Shown here in pieces: positions 30,901 to 39,309 of a stretch of DNA of 64,000 nucleotides. Position 1 is the stretch's first letter; each line of letters starts with the position of its first letter. This DNA comes from an uncultured Acidobacteriota bacterium (GTDB lineage Bacteria > Acidobacteriota > Vicinamibacteria > Vicinamibacterales > UBA2999). The stretch spans positions 265,667 through 329,666 of the forward strand of contig CAWJVW010000002.1 in assembly GCA_963846425.1 (NCBI GenBank). Reading direction: 5' to 3'. The notes under the pieces were generated by a model. That model saw only the letters and a program-made list of their open reading frames with translations. It had not been told where the DNA came from and did no database searches. The position numbers were made by a program, and so were the translations under genes.

Positions 30901-31071
30901 GACGGTCCTACACCGAAACCTGATCCCGCCATGATGGACGGCATGATGGCCGGTGTGCTCGGTCCAGGCGACAAGAAGGCTGGCGAGACCAAAAAGCTAT
31001 TGCCGGTGACCGCCTTCGGCCGATACGTCAAGGTGCTCTTGAGCTCGAACGAGTTCTTGTTCGTGAACTGA
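27976..31071 (+). CDS. PSCyt1/DUF1549(PSCyt2)/DUF1553(PSD1) domain protein, exported
   Basis: Signal peptide, heme-binding CFMCH in the N-terminal PSCyt1-like domain, 1031 aa, followed by a DUF1501 gene (the canonical pair). Confidence 0.85.
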   Translation: MRAAIHARTLLAGAAALLMTTTMWAARETQAPASSPQPIEPPSAKAIEFFEANVRPVFVESCFMCHTKSEAGGLRVDSREALLKGGNSGPAVVPGNPDESYLLQAIRHAPNAPKMPKNGAKLSDAQIGALTQWIRDGAPWPAAAGAAAPAMATSREKVITDEQRAFWSFQPLRKVEAPAVSRADWATSSIDRFILARLEKDGLTPARAADKLTLIRRATLDLTGLPPTPDEIEAFEKDTSPDAFEKVVDRLLASPQYGEAWGRMWLDVARYAEDDPRSLDPMGRGYAPYPNAYLYRDWIVKAFNDDLPYEQFVKAQIAGDLLDEQTRARTLPALGLLGLGPWYYDNGAIEITKADERHDRVDVVSRGFLGLTVACARCHDHKYDPIPTKDYYSLAGVFLNTTYHEYPLAPKSEVDEFKGLEKKIEQKQKLLNEFLEVESRQLGETLALHTAKYLQAAWRVTGEPKDPMGRVADQEKLDYELFDRWVAFLAKPPRFYPYLKDWQEMIKRGGTADEAKKLADAFQTLLLEVMFAKKEIDEENEIIRAKALPGTKKKKPANLPSEFITNDDFCPGCGLELKSLETDQMQLWTDVFRRDLADGFDPAFAFDYIKPGVLNFRGWGLERQLSGDRRAHVEALRNDIKKLQSDLPAKYAYVHGVRDADKPAVMQVNVRGNPTRLGEEVPRRFLSVLSAAAPSPFEKGSGRLELAETIARHPLAARVIVNRVWKGHFGTGIVDTPSNFGFNGERPTHPELLEYLASSFVANGMSIKKLHREIMLSQVYQLSAESIATNAAKDSGNRLYWRASRRRMTAEQLRDSILSVSGALEAKMGGPAETLTPFYNRRTLYGKVSRYRIDPFLQLFDFPAPTISAEQRFATNVPLQRLFLMNSDFMQQQSELIARRVESEPDTRARIRKLYSVIFGRAPNDAELSAGLQYVTQEPLRSYEERKAEAAKKQLEDEKKAPGMKPQASGSPQTSDGPTPKPDPAMMDGMMAGVLGPGDKKAGETKKLLPVTAFGRYVKVLLSSNEFLFVN

Positions 31072-31112
31072 CCGGCAACCGGAGACCGGGGACTGGAGAC
31101 TGGCGACCGATA
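31071..31112. repeat. heptamer array (ACCGGNG)x6 filling the PSCyt-DUF1501 spacer
   Basis: accggca accggag accgggg actggag actggcg accgata. It runs from the last base of the stop codon to the first base of the next ATG. Confidence 0.88.
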
Positions 31113-32576
31113 TGAGCCACAAATCACCACAGCCCGTCACGCGACGCGATGCGCTGTGCCGCATCGGCAACGGCTTTGGCATGCTCGCGTTTGCCGGCCT
31201 GGTTAGCGAGTCGCTGACGACGGCGAGCCTGTTTGCGGCTCAGGATCCGAAGGTGCGCGCAACCGGCGGGCTGCATCACCCGGCGCGGGCCAAGCACGTC
31301 ATCTTTCTGTTCATGAACGGCGGTCTTTCGCAGGTGGACAGTTTCGACCCCAAGCCCGCGCTCGAGAAGTACCACGGCCAGCCGCTGCCCGGCGGCAGCA
31401 TTGCCACCGAACGTAAAACGGGGTCGCTGATGCGCTCGCCGTTCTCGTTCAAGAAATACGGCAAGTCGGGGATGGACGTCAGCGATCTCTTCCCGCACAT
31501 TGGCGAGTGCGCGGATGACATCTGCTTCGTGCGCTCGGTCTATACCGACATCCCGAACCACGAGCCCTCCATACTGATGATGAATACGGGGCACAGCCAG
31601 GTGGGGCGTCCCTCGCTGGGTGCGTGGCTGACTTACGGGCTCGGCACCGATAACAAGAACCTCCCCGGCTACGTCGTCCTGTGTCCGGACCTGCCGACGA
31701 CGGTTGGACCTCCGCTGTGGAACAGCGCGTTTCTTCCAGGCGTCCACCAGGGCACATTTATTTCGGACAAGGTTGAAAAGCCCGATCAAATTGTCGGCAA
31801 GGACTTCGATCCGAAAAAGCTCGTGTCGTTCATCCACAACGAGAAGTTCACGCTGCCCGAGCAGCGGCGGGAGCTGGATTTGCTGGCGCAGTTGGACAAG
31901 CTGCGCGTCGAGCGTGAGCAGATCCAGGATCCGCAGCTGGACGCCGCCATTCAATCGATGGAAGTCGCGTATCGGATGCAGACCGAGGCGCCCGAGGTGT
32001 TCGATATTCGCAAGGAGAGCGAGGCGACGCTGAAGTTATACGGCCCTGGCAGCACGGCGCGCGGATGTTTGATGGCCTGTACGTCTCGTCCAGCGCGGCG
32101 TGCGGATGGTGCAGGTCTACTACGCCAAGGGCGATCCATGGGACGCTCACGCGGATATTCAGGCACACCGCAAGAACGCGAAGGATTCGGATCAGCCCTA
32201 CGCAGCTGTGATCAAGGATCTGAAGTCGCGCGGGCTCTTGAACGAAACCCTTGTCGTATGCGGCTCGGAGTTTGGCCGCACGCCGGTATGTGAAATTGGC
32301 GGCGGAGCCGGCACCGTGCAGAACGGCCGCGACCACAATCCTTTTGGCTTCACGATGTGGCTCGCCGGCGGCGGCATCAAGGGTGGCACCATTCACGGCG
32401 CGACCGACGACTTCGGCTTCAAAGCGGTCGACAAGCCGGTTCACGTGCACGATCTGCATGCAACGATCCTGCACCTCCTCGGGATCGATCACACGAAGCT
32501 CACCTACCGTTACAGCGGTCGCGATTTTCGCCTGACCGATGTCTCCGGGAACGTGATTCACGACATCCTGGCGTAA
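31112..32576 (+). pseudogene. DUF1501 (sulfatase-like) protein with Tat-type N-terminus, interrupted by a +1 frame change near 32078-32081
   Basis: Frame 1 (31112..) carries RRDALCRIGNGFGMLAF and the DUF1501 N-half. The C-half ([23 protein letters not shown]...) continues in the next frame from 32082. Removing one base of tgta (32078-32081) restores ...[13 protein letters not shown]... Confidence 0.8.
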
Positions 32577-32589
32577 CTCCACCGCGAGC

Positions 32590-32901
32590 GTGCTAAGCTC
32601 ATCCGACTTCAGCGCGATGACCGACGGTCGACGAGAGTTCACGCTTGCTGGACGCGTTGTGCGGGTGCGCCCTCGCGACGATGGCGGCTGGCGCGTCCGC
32701 CTCACCGACACCGGTGGTGCGCTAGCCGCCGCCGAAATTCGTCCCTCGAATCCACTGCGCCCGCCCCGTGTTGGTACACAGATTCTCCTGCGGGGCTTCG
32801 TCCGCTACGACGACGAGCACGGGTGGTACGTGATCGACCCGGTGCAGGCGTGGTCGGAGGAACACCCCACGGCCGCACCCGCACCAGGCCGTCGTCACTA
32901 G
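32590..32901 (+). CDS. hypothetical protein
   Basis: 103-aa ORF (GTG 32590, alternative ATG 32617) with GC and codon pattern like its neighbours. No recognisable motif. Confidence 0.4.
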   Translation: MLSSSDFSAMTDGRREFTLAGRVVRVRPRDDGGWRVRLTDTGGALAAAEIRPSNPLRPPRVGTQILLRGFVRYDDEHGWYVIDPVQAWSEEHPTAAPAPGRRH

Positions 32902-32918
32902 TCGAGAGCGCCCTTCGC

Positions 32919-33518
32919 TCAGGCGCCCTTTCGGACGGGTGCTGGCTCCGCTTCACGCTGCGCCGAGCGCGACCGTCGGCGCGCAGTCAGCGTGACGTTA
33001 TTCTGCACGTCATTGACCGTTGGGATGGCCCACGCGATCTCGCCGATGTCACGCTTCAGCCACTTCTGCGACACGCTGCCGGACAGAGTGATGCGACTGC
33101 CCTCGCACTTGACTTCGACATCGCCGGTACCCGAGAGCAGATCGAGCGCATCGTAGACGAAGTCTTCGCACTCCTGATCGTTGGTCGGGCCCATTGGTTG
33201 ACCGCGGCGTATCGCGACCGCTGCCAGCAGGGTCCGATGCGTCCATCCGGCCGTGGTTTCGGGCGTGACGAATCCGTGAAGCGCACCAGCGAAACCGACG
33301 GGGTTGGTGAAACCAAATGGCTCCGCCGTCCCAATGGGCTGAGGCGCCTGGGAGGCCGTGAGACCAGCCGCCGCAGGAGCAGCGAACTGAGGCCCATTGA
33401 AGGGTGTGCCGCTGGCACCGACCGTCCACTGAGGGATAGGGACAGCTGCCTGCGGCCAAACCGACATTGGCGGCCCAGGCCACGTGGGCGAAGCAGATCC
33501 ATAGAGAGGTTCGATCAT
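32919..33518 (-). CDS. low-complexity (P/G/A/F-rich) N-region plus C-terminal BON domain protein
   Basis: AAGGAG lies 7 nt upstream of ATG 33518. The C-terminus DVEVKCEGSRITLSGSVSQKWLKRDIGEIAWAIPTVNDVQNNVTL fits the BON pattern. No signal peptide. Confidence 0.7.
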   Translation of the reverse strand: MIEPLYGSASPTWPGPPMSVWPQAAVPIPQWTVGASGTPFNGPQFAAPAAAGLTASQAPQPIGTAEPFGFTNPVGFAGALHGFVTPETTAGWTHRTLLAAVAIRRGQPMGPTNDQECEDFVYDALDLLSGTGDVEVKCEGSRITLSGSVSQKWLKRDIGEIAWAIPTVNDVQNNVTLTARRRSRSAQREAEPAPVRKGA

Positions 33519-33618
33519 CTGAAACTCCTTCCAAAAAGTGCGTTCTTGCTCTACACGGCTCCGCAGATCGGCGGCAAACGGTCGATGATCGGCCGCAAGC
33601 CGCCGATCCGGACGAGGT

Positions 33619-34074
33619 TTACATCACGCTAGCCTGCTGGCCCGTGTATGGAGTACTGAGGGGTGTGTTGGTCAAGAAGGGTGCGCCGAACGGCTGTGAC
33701 ATGATCGCACCCGTCCCGGCGGGTGAGGCGCCCGCGAATGGCTGGTGGGTCTGCAATTGCTGCTGGATTTGCTGCAGCTGGTGCAGCTGTTGTGGGATGA
33801 CCTGAAGGATCTGCTGAAGCTGCTGGAGCTGGTACGGAACGAGTTGGAGCAACTGATGGACTTGCTGCTGCTGAACCGATCCAAGCTGTTGCAGCTGCTG
33901 CAGCTGGTATGGAACGAACTGCAGCGTCTGAATGATCTGCTGCAGCTGTTGCGGGGATGCGAGCGGCCCCTGCGGATAGGCCCCGATGCCGTGACTGCTA
34001 AAGGGCGAGATTCCCCACGGAGCGTTTGAGCCAGGATACTGGCCGAATGATCCGATGCCAAATGTCGTTCCCAT
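33619..34074 (-). CDS. glutamine/leucine-repeat protein (Q-rich predicted coiled-coil core flanked by G/P/F/S-rich ends)
   Basis: AGGAGG lies 5 nt upstream of ATG 34074. The core contains VPYQLQQLQQ twice and runs such as QQLQQIIQTLQ and QQLHQLQQIQQQLQ. About a quarter of the 152 residues are Q. Confidence 0.7.
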   Translation of the reverse strand: MGTTFGIGSFGQYPGSNAPWGISPFSSHGIGAYPQGPLASPQQLQQIIQTLQFVPYQLQQLQQLGSVQQQQVHQLLQLVPYQLQQLQQILQVIPQQLHQLQQIQQQLQTHQPFAGASPAGTGAIMSQPFGAPFLTNTPLSTPYTGQQASVM

Positions 34075-34343
34075 TAGACCTCCTTGTTGGATGTTGGGAA
34101 ACACGAAGTGGCAACGAGTCGCAACGCACGTACCAAACAACCGAGCCGCGAGTGTGGGAGTTAACGGCAGGGGCCCACGGGATTCAGCGAGCAAGCGTGA
34201 ACTTTGTACGTAGCATCTCGCATCACGAGCGTTAGCGACGCCGGTGCGACGTCGCTTGCGCGTCGCACGAGTGTCACGAGGCTGACACGCTGGCGAGCTC
34301 TGGCGTGACCGCGGAACCCCGATTGCATAGCTTCGAGTCGTGT

Positions 34344-34390
34344 TTGACAGTGCCTGCAATGTAGACATAGAATGACTGCATTGTAGACAT
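34344..34390 (+). promoter_or_regulatory. PadR promoter candidate (TTGACA 34344-34349, N18, TAGAAT 34368-34373) with two copies of TGCAWTGTAGACAT
   Basis: Direct repeat at 34356-34368 and 34377-34390, 21 nt apart. Each copy contains the palindrome (A/T)TGT-AG-ACAT. The first copy overlaps the spacer and -10. Confidence 0.5.
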
Positions 34391-34441
34391 TCGTCGCTCG
34401 AGCATGGAATTACTGAGGTTGAAGTGTTTGCCCCGGAATAT

Positions 34442-34768
34442 ATGAGAGTCGTATATCTCGGCGAGTTCGAGTACGGCGTCTTGCTGGCCATTCTCCAGCT
34501 GCAGGACGCCTATGCGGTTCCGATTCGCGCCCTGCTGGAGGAGCGGACCGGCCGGGCCGTGGCCCGTGGTGCCTTGTACACCGCGCTCGAGCGCCTGGAA
34601 ACTAAAGGCTGTCTGCGATCGCGCATGGGAGATCCAACCAACGAGCGCGGCGGCAAACCACGACGCTACTTCACCGTGACTGCCGCCGGGCTTCGCGCGC
34701 TGAAGGCAACCCACGGCGCGTTCGCGAACCTGACGCGCGGGCTCGAAACGATTCTCGACCAGCCATGA
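34442..34768 (+). CDS. PadR-family transcriptional regulator
   Basis: Winged-helix pattern EFEYGVLLAILQL...PIRALLEERTGRAVARGALYTALERLETKGCL. It precedes an ADOP permease. GTG 34424 is an alternative start. Confidence 0.85.
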   Translation: MRVVYLGEFEYGVLLAILQLQDAYAVPIRALLEERTGRAVARGALYTALERLETKGCLRSRMGDPTNERGGKPRRYFTVTAAGLRALKATHGAFANLTRGLETILDQP

Positions 34769-34817
34769 CCCATTCGACTCGCGTCTGTGCGGTCGCTCGC
34801 TCGGGGCAGGCCGCCAC

Positions 34818-37496
34818 ATGAGGCCGCCACGCATTGCGGAGCGTCTCCTTGCCGCCAGCGTGCGAGACGAGGCGTGGCGCGACAGCATTCTCGGCGATTT
34901 GCGAGAGGAGTACATCGTGACGCGGAGGCATCACGGCCCCAGCAAGGCTCGGCGCTGGTACTGGTCCCAGGCCTTTGCCATTGGGGCTCGCGGCGTGCTC
35001 GCCCGCGTCGGCGCGCGCCGGTCGCCTGGCGGACTGCTTCGGAGTGCCGAGCTTGAAACTGGCAGCGGCTGGCGCACAGGCTTCTCGCGCGACCTTCGAC
35101 ATGCCTGGCGCACGGTGGTTCGCCGGCCAGGCACCAGCGCCGTCATCATCGCAACGCTCGCGCTGGCCCTGGCAACCAACAGCACGAGCTACGCGATTCT
35201 CGACGCGCTCGTCCTGCGACCCTTCCGCTTCCCTCAGGTCGACCGCCTCGTCATGATCGTGTCGAGCGATCCTCGACAGGGCTTGCTCGATCGCGAGTCG
35301 GTGTCCGCCGGCGATTATCGTGACTGGCGGCGTGAGGCGCGGACCCTGACACACGTGTCTGCTGCCGAATGGTGGGATGCCAATCTCTCGGGAATCGAAA
35401 ACCCCGAGCAAGTGGCAGGGTTCAAGGTCACGGCCGACTTTTTCGATGCACTCGGCGCCAGGCCGGTGATCGGACGCCCATTTGTGATCGAGGAAGAGAC
35501 CCCAGGAAATCACCGCCGCGCGATTCTCGGGCATGCGCTGTGGTCGCGGCTCTACGGTGGCGACCCTTCCGTCGTGGGAAAGACGGTGCGGTTGGATGGG
35601 GAGCCATACGAGGTCGTGGGTGTCGCCCCTCCCGACTTTGCAATTCCCGACGGCGCCCAGGTCTGGTCGCCCCTCGCCTACTCCCCTGAGGGATGGACCG
35701 ATCGGCGCAATCACTATTTGCAGGTGATCGCACGGCTCGCCGACGGAGCCTCGATTGCGGATGCACGCGCGGAGCTGGGTGGGCTGGCCGAACGCCAGCG
35801 CCGTGACTACGCCGAAACCAACGCCGCGCTGCCGAATGGTGTTGTGCCATTCCTCACGGGCATGCGCGATCCGGGTGGGGAGCCCTTCGTGGGAACACTG
35901 CAGGCGGCCAGCATCCTGCTGCTCCTCATCGCGTGCGCCAACATCGCAAATCTCCTTCTGGCGCGGGGCGGCGAGCGCACCCAGGAATTTGCGATGCGAC
36001 TAGCCCTCGGGGCGAGTCGGGCCCGACTCGGCTTCCAGCTGATGCTCGAAGCAGCCCTCCTCTCAGGGATCGCAATCGTGCTGGCGATTCCTCTGACGTG
36101 GGTGGGGTTGGGGCTCACTCGCGCATCTATTCCTGCATCGGTAATCCGTTTCATTCCGGGGTGGCGGTACCTTGACATCTCGCCGGCCGTCTTCTGGTCG
36201 GCAGCCGTTCTTGGGGTCGTGGCGACGATTGTGTTTGCGCTCATTCCGGCGTGGCAGACCGTTCGCACAGACGTCACTGAATCACTCCGGCAAGGTTCAC
36301 GGTCGACGACGGCGCCGCGGCAACGTCACTGGTTGCGCAATTCGCTGGCTGCTGCGCAAGTGGCCATTACACTCGCGCTCCTGTTCGGGTCCGGGTTGAT
36401 GCTGACCGCGGCATCTGGCGCCGTCGACGGCGCCTTTGGCTTCGACAAGCGCAACGTGCTCGTTGCGCGACTGACGCTTCCGGAGCGTCCGTACACTGAT
36501 GACGAGCGTCGTCGCGCGTTCATCAATGGCGTGCTCGATCGCGTGCGCACGATTCCGGCCGTGGAGAGCGCGTCGATGGTCAGCAATCTGCCATATAGCG
36601 GGGGCAATGCGTCACGCGAGTTCTGGATCGATGGGATGACCCTGCAGCCCGGCGAGGTCCGCCGTGTGGACTACCGCCGGATCACACCCGAGTATTTCGG
36701 GACCATGCGGATTCCACTTCTCGCGGGACGCACGCTGAACGACGGCGACCGTCTGGATACGCAGGCGGTGGCCGTGGTGAGCAGGAGTGTCGTGACGCGC
36801 TACTGGAACAACGAGGATCCGATCGGCCGGCAGTTTCGGCTTACGCAGGACGGCGCCCCGATTACCGTGGTCGGTATGGTTGACGATGTTCTGCACGACT
36901 GGTTCCAGCAACGCCGCGCTCCCACCGTCTACCGTCCGCTGGCACAGGAGGCGCCGTTCGGGCATGCGTACGTGATACGAACAATCGGAGATCCCATGAG
37001 CGTTGCCGGCGATTTGCGTCGGGCGGTGGCCGCCGTGGATGCCGACCAGCCGATCCTGACGCTCGAGAGCATGGAAAGCTTGATCGTCGAACGGACAGCC
37101 GGTCTGACCTTCATCGCGAGATCCCTCAGCGTCATGGCTCTGATCGCGCTTCTGTTGGCAGTGATGGGCCTCTACAGCCTGATGGCCTTCATGGTGAGCC
37201 GCCGCACGCAGGAGTTTGGAGTCCGGCTGGCGCTGGGCGCGACGCGGTGGCAAATCATAGGTCTGACGACGCGTCAGGGCCTGCGGATCACCATCGCCGG
37301 GTTGATTGTGGGGGGCGCGGCGGCGGTTGGACTGGGCCGGTTGATGGAGTCGATCTTGTACGGGATCGTCGCGACGAGCGCCTGGCAGCTTGCAATGCTT
37401 GTCGTCCTGATCGCAGCCGTCTCCGTGCTGGCCACTTATATCCCTGCGCGTCGGACGGCGGGGCTGGATCCGACGATCGCGCTGCGCGCGGAATGA
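34818..37496 (+). CDS. ADOP-family duplicated FtsX/MacB-type ABC permease
   Basis: 892 aa with two FtsX-like 4-TM modules and large periplasmic loops. The N-terminus PRIAERLLAASVRDEAWRDSILGDLREEY is typical of the PadR-linked acidobacterial duplicated orphan permeases. Confidence 0.88.
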   Translation: MRPPRIAERLLAASVRDEAWRDSILGDLREEYIVTRRHHGPSKARRWYWSQAFAIGARGVLARVGARRSPGGLLRSAELETGSGWRTGFSRDLRHAWRTVVRRPGTSAVIIATLALALATNSTSYAILDALVLRPFRFPQVDRLVMIVSSDPRQGLLDRESVSAGDYRDWRREARTLTHVSAAEWWDANLSGIENPEQVAGFKVTADFFDALGARPVIGRPFVIEEETPGNHRRAILGHALWSRLYGGDPSVVGKTVRLDGEPYEVVGVAPPDFAIPDGAQVWSPLAYSPEGWTDRRNHYLQVIARLADGASIADARAELGGLAERQRRDYAETNAALPNGVVPFLTGMRDPGGEPFVGTLQAASILLLLIACANIANLLLARGGERTQEFAMRLALGASRARLGFQLMLEAALLSGIAIVLAIPLTWVGLGLTRASIPASVIRFIPGWRYLDISPAVFWSAAVLGVVATIVFALIPAWQTVRTDVTESLRQGSRSTTAPRQRHWLRNSLAAAQVAITLALLFGSGLMLTAASGAVDGAFGFDKRNVLVARLTLPERPYTDDERRRAFINGVLDRVRTIPAVESASMVSNLPYSGGNASREFWIDGMTLQPGEVRRVDYRRITPEYFGTMRIPLLAGRTLNDGDRLDTQAVAVVSRSVVTRYWNNEDPIGRQFRLTQDGAPITVVGMVDDVLHDWFQQRRAPTVYRPLAQEAPFGHAYVIRTIGDPMSVAGDLRRAVAAVDADQPILTLESMESLIVERTAGLTFIARSLSVMALIALLLAVMGLYSLMAFMVSRRTQEFGVRLALGATRWQIIGLTTRQGLRITIAGLIVGGAAAVGLGRLMESILYGIVATSAWQLAMLVVLIAAVSVLATYIPARRTAGLDPTIALRAE

Positions 37497-37553
37497 ACAC
37501 GCGCATCGCCCTGACATTGGGTTCCTTACATCAGTTCACCCCTCGTCAGGAAC

Positions 37554-37790
37554 CTATGTCTGATCAGCCGCGCGATCCTTTGCGTCCGGCCCGAGCGCTG
37601 CTTCAGCCGCCTGGAATCCAATCTTCGAATGCGTTCCGTCGCAAAAGGGCTTGGTCGTCGAGTGTCCGCAACGACAGAGTGCAAAAGGACGCTTGGGAAT
37701 CGCGTACTCGTTCCCGTTCCAGTCGATCAGTTTCACGTCGTCGCCATCGACGAGATACGAGCCGTTTTGTCGCACCTTGATTGTCGCCAC
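37554..37790 (-). CDS. CDGSH iron-sulfur domain protein
   Basis: CRCGHSTTKPFCDGTH matches the C-x-C-x2-S-x3-P-x-C-D-G-(S/T)-H signature. 78 aa. Confidence 0.85.
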   Translation of the reverse strand: MATIKVRQNGSYLVDGDDVKLIDWNGNEYAIPKRPFALCRCGHSTTKPFCDGTHSKIGFQAAEAALGPDAKDRAADQT

Positions 37791-37807
37791 GGTTGGTTCT
37801 CCACTGC

Positions 37808-39178
37808 TTAGGACATCTTCTGCATCGCCGACAGGAACTCTGCGTTGTTCTTCGTCTTGCCCATCTTGTCGAGCAGCAGCTCCATCGCCTCGACGGGCGA
37901 GAGCGGGTTGAGCACTTTGCGGAGTACCCAGATGCGATTGAGATCTTCGCGCGGAATCAGGAGCTCCTCTTTACGCGTGCCACTCTTCAGCATGTCGATC
38001 GACGGGAAGACGCGCTTGTCAGTCAGCTTCCGGTCGAGATGAATCTCCATATTGCCGGTGCCCTTGAACTCCTCGAAGATCACGTCGTCCATTCGCGAGC
38101 CGGTATCGACCAGCGCGGTTGCGATGATCGTCAGGGAGCCGCCTTCTTCGATGTTGCGGGCGGCGCCAAAGAATCGCTTTGGCTTCTGCAGCGCGTTGCT
38201 GTCGAGACCTCCCGAAAGGACTTTGCCGGACGGCGGAATGACGGTGTTATAGGCTCGCGCGAGACGCGTCACCGAATCGAGGAGGATGAGCACATCTTTT
38301 TTGTGCTCGACCAGACGCTTGGCTTTTTCGATGACCATCTCAGCAACCTGAACATGGCGCTGAGCCGGTTCGTCGAATGTGGACGAGATGACCTCACCGT
38401 CGACCGACCGCTGCATGTCGGTGACCTCTTCGGGCCGCTCGTCGATGAGCAACACGATCAAATAGACTTCGGGGTGGTTCCTCGCGACTGACTGCGCGAT
38501 GTTCTGCAGCAGCATCGTTTTGCCCGTGCGCGGCGGTGCGACGATGAGCCCCCGCTGGCCCTTGCCGATTGGCGTCATCAGGTCCATGACGCGCGCCGAA
38601 AGATTTTCCGTCTCGGTTTCGAGCTTGATTCGCTCTTGCGGATAGAGCGGCGTCAGGTTCTCAAAGAACAGCTTGTCGCGCGCTTGTTCGGGCGCCTCGA
38701 AGTTGACGGCCTCGACCTTGATCAGCGCGAAGTAACGCTCGCCTTCCTTCGGCGGTCGGATTTGTCCGGAGACGGTATCGCCAGTCTGCAGATCGAACTT
38801 GCGAATCTGTGACGGTGACACGTAGATGTCGTCCGGGCCGGGCAGGTAGTTGTAGTCGGGAGCGCGGAGAAAGCCGAAGCCGTCGGGCAGCACCTCGAGC
38901 ACACCCTCCGAGAAAATGAACCCGCTCTGCTCAGTCTGAGCCTTCAGGATCTGGAAAATGAGCTCTTGTTTGCGCATTCCGGTGGCGCCGGGCACGTTGA
39001 GCTCTTTGGCGACCTGGGTGAGCTTCTGAATGCTCATCTCCTTCAGTTCGCCGATATTGAGCCCTGCGCGGCGGCCTTCGGCAGTGGCGACGGCCGTTTC
39101 GGTTTCTTGTGCTACGTCGGCCTGGGGGGCCTGGTGACCGCCACGTCCGGAACCTTGACGCTTGTGGGAATTCGGCAT
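37808..39178 (-). CDS. rho: transcription termination factor Rho
   Basis: Rho N-terminal and OB RNA-binding region, Walker A APPRTGKT, full C-terminal ATPase. About a 40-aa basic/acidic N-terminal extension. Confidence 0.96.
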   Translation of the reverse strand: MPNSHKRQGSGRGGHQAPQADVAQETETAVATAEGRRAGLNIGELKEMSIQKLTQVAKELNVPGATGMRKQELIFQILKAQTEQSGFIFSEGVLEVLPDGFGFLRAPDYNYLPGPDDIYVSPSQIRKFDLQTGDTVSGQIRPPKEGERYFALIKVEAVNFEAPEQARDKLFFENLTPLYPQERIKLETETENLSARVMDLMTPIGKGQRGLIVAPPRTGKTMLLQNIAQSVARNHPEVYLIVLLIDERPEEVTDMQRSVDGEVISSTFDEPAQRHVQVAEMVIEKAKRLVEHKKDVLILLDSVTRLARAYNTVIPPSGKVLSGGLDSNALQKPKRFFGAARNIEEGGSLTIIATALVDTGSRMDDVIFEEFKGTGNMEIHLDRKLTDKRVFPSIDMLKSGTRKEELLIPREDLNRIWVLRKVLNPLSPVEAMELLLDKMGKTKNNAEFLSAMQKMS

Positions 39179-39309
39179 GGGTGCTGACCTATCGAAGATT
39201 GTGACTCTGGGGATTTAACGTTCGAACCGTGATGTTCGGACAATCGGGACCGGGATGATCGGTCCGCGCTGAATGACCAGGGAGGCTGATGTGTTTTTGG
39301 CAGTATAGC

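Noticed and set aside
32060-32110. Programmed ribosomal frameshifting in the DUF1501 gene, and likewise in the peptidase at 52561..52626
   Set aside because: There is no slippery X-XXY-YYZ heptamer and no downstream pseudoknot-like structure. These families are not known to use recoding. Indel or sequencing error is the simpler explanation.
34230-34270. Overlapping GC hairpins (AGCGACG...CGTCGCT and GTGCGACG...CGTCGCAC) as an attenuator for the Q-rich operon
   Set aside because: The stems are real in the sequence. Without a TSS, a leader peptide or a U-tract, I cannot support a regulatory call, so it is noted only as local structure.
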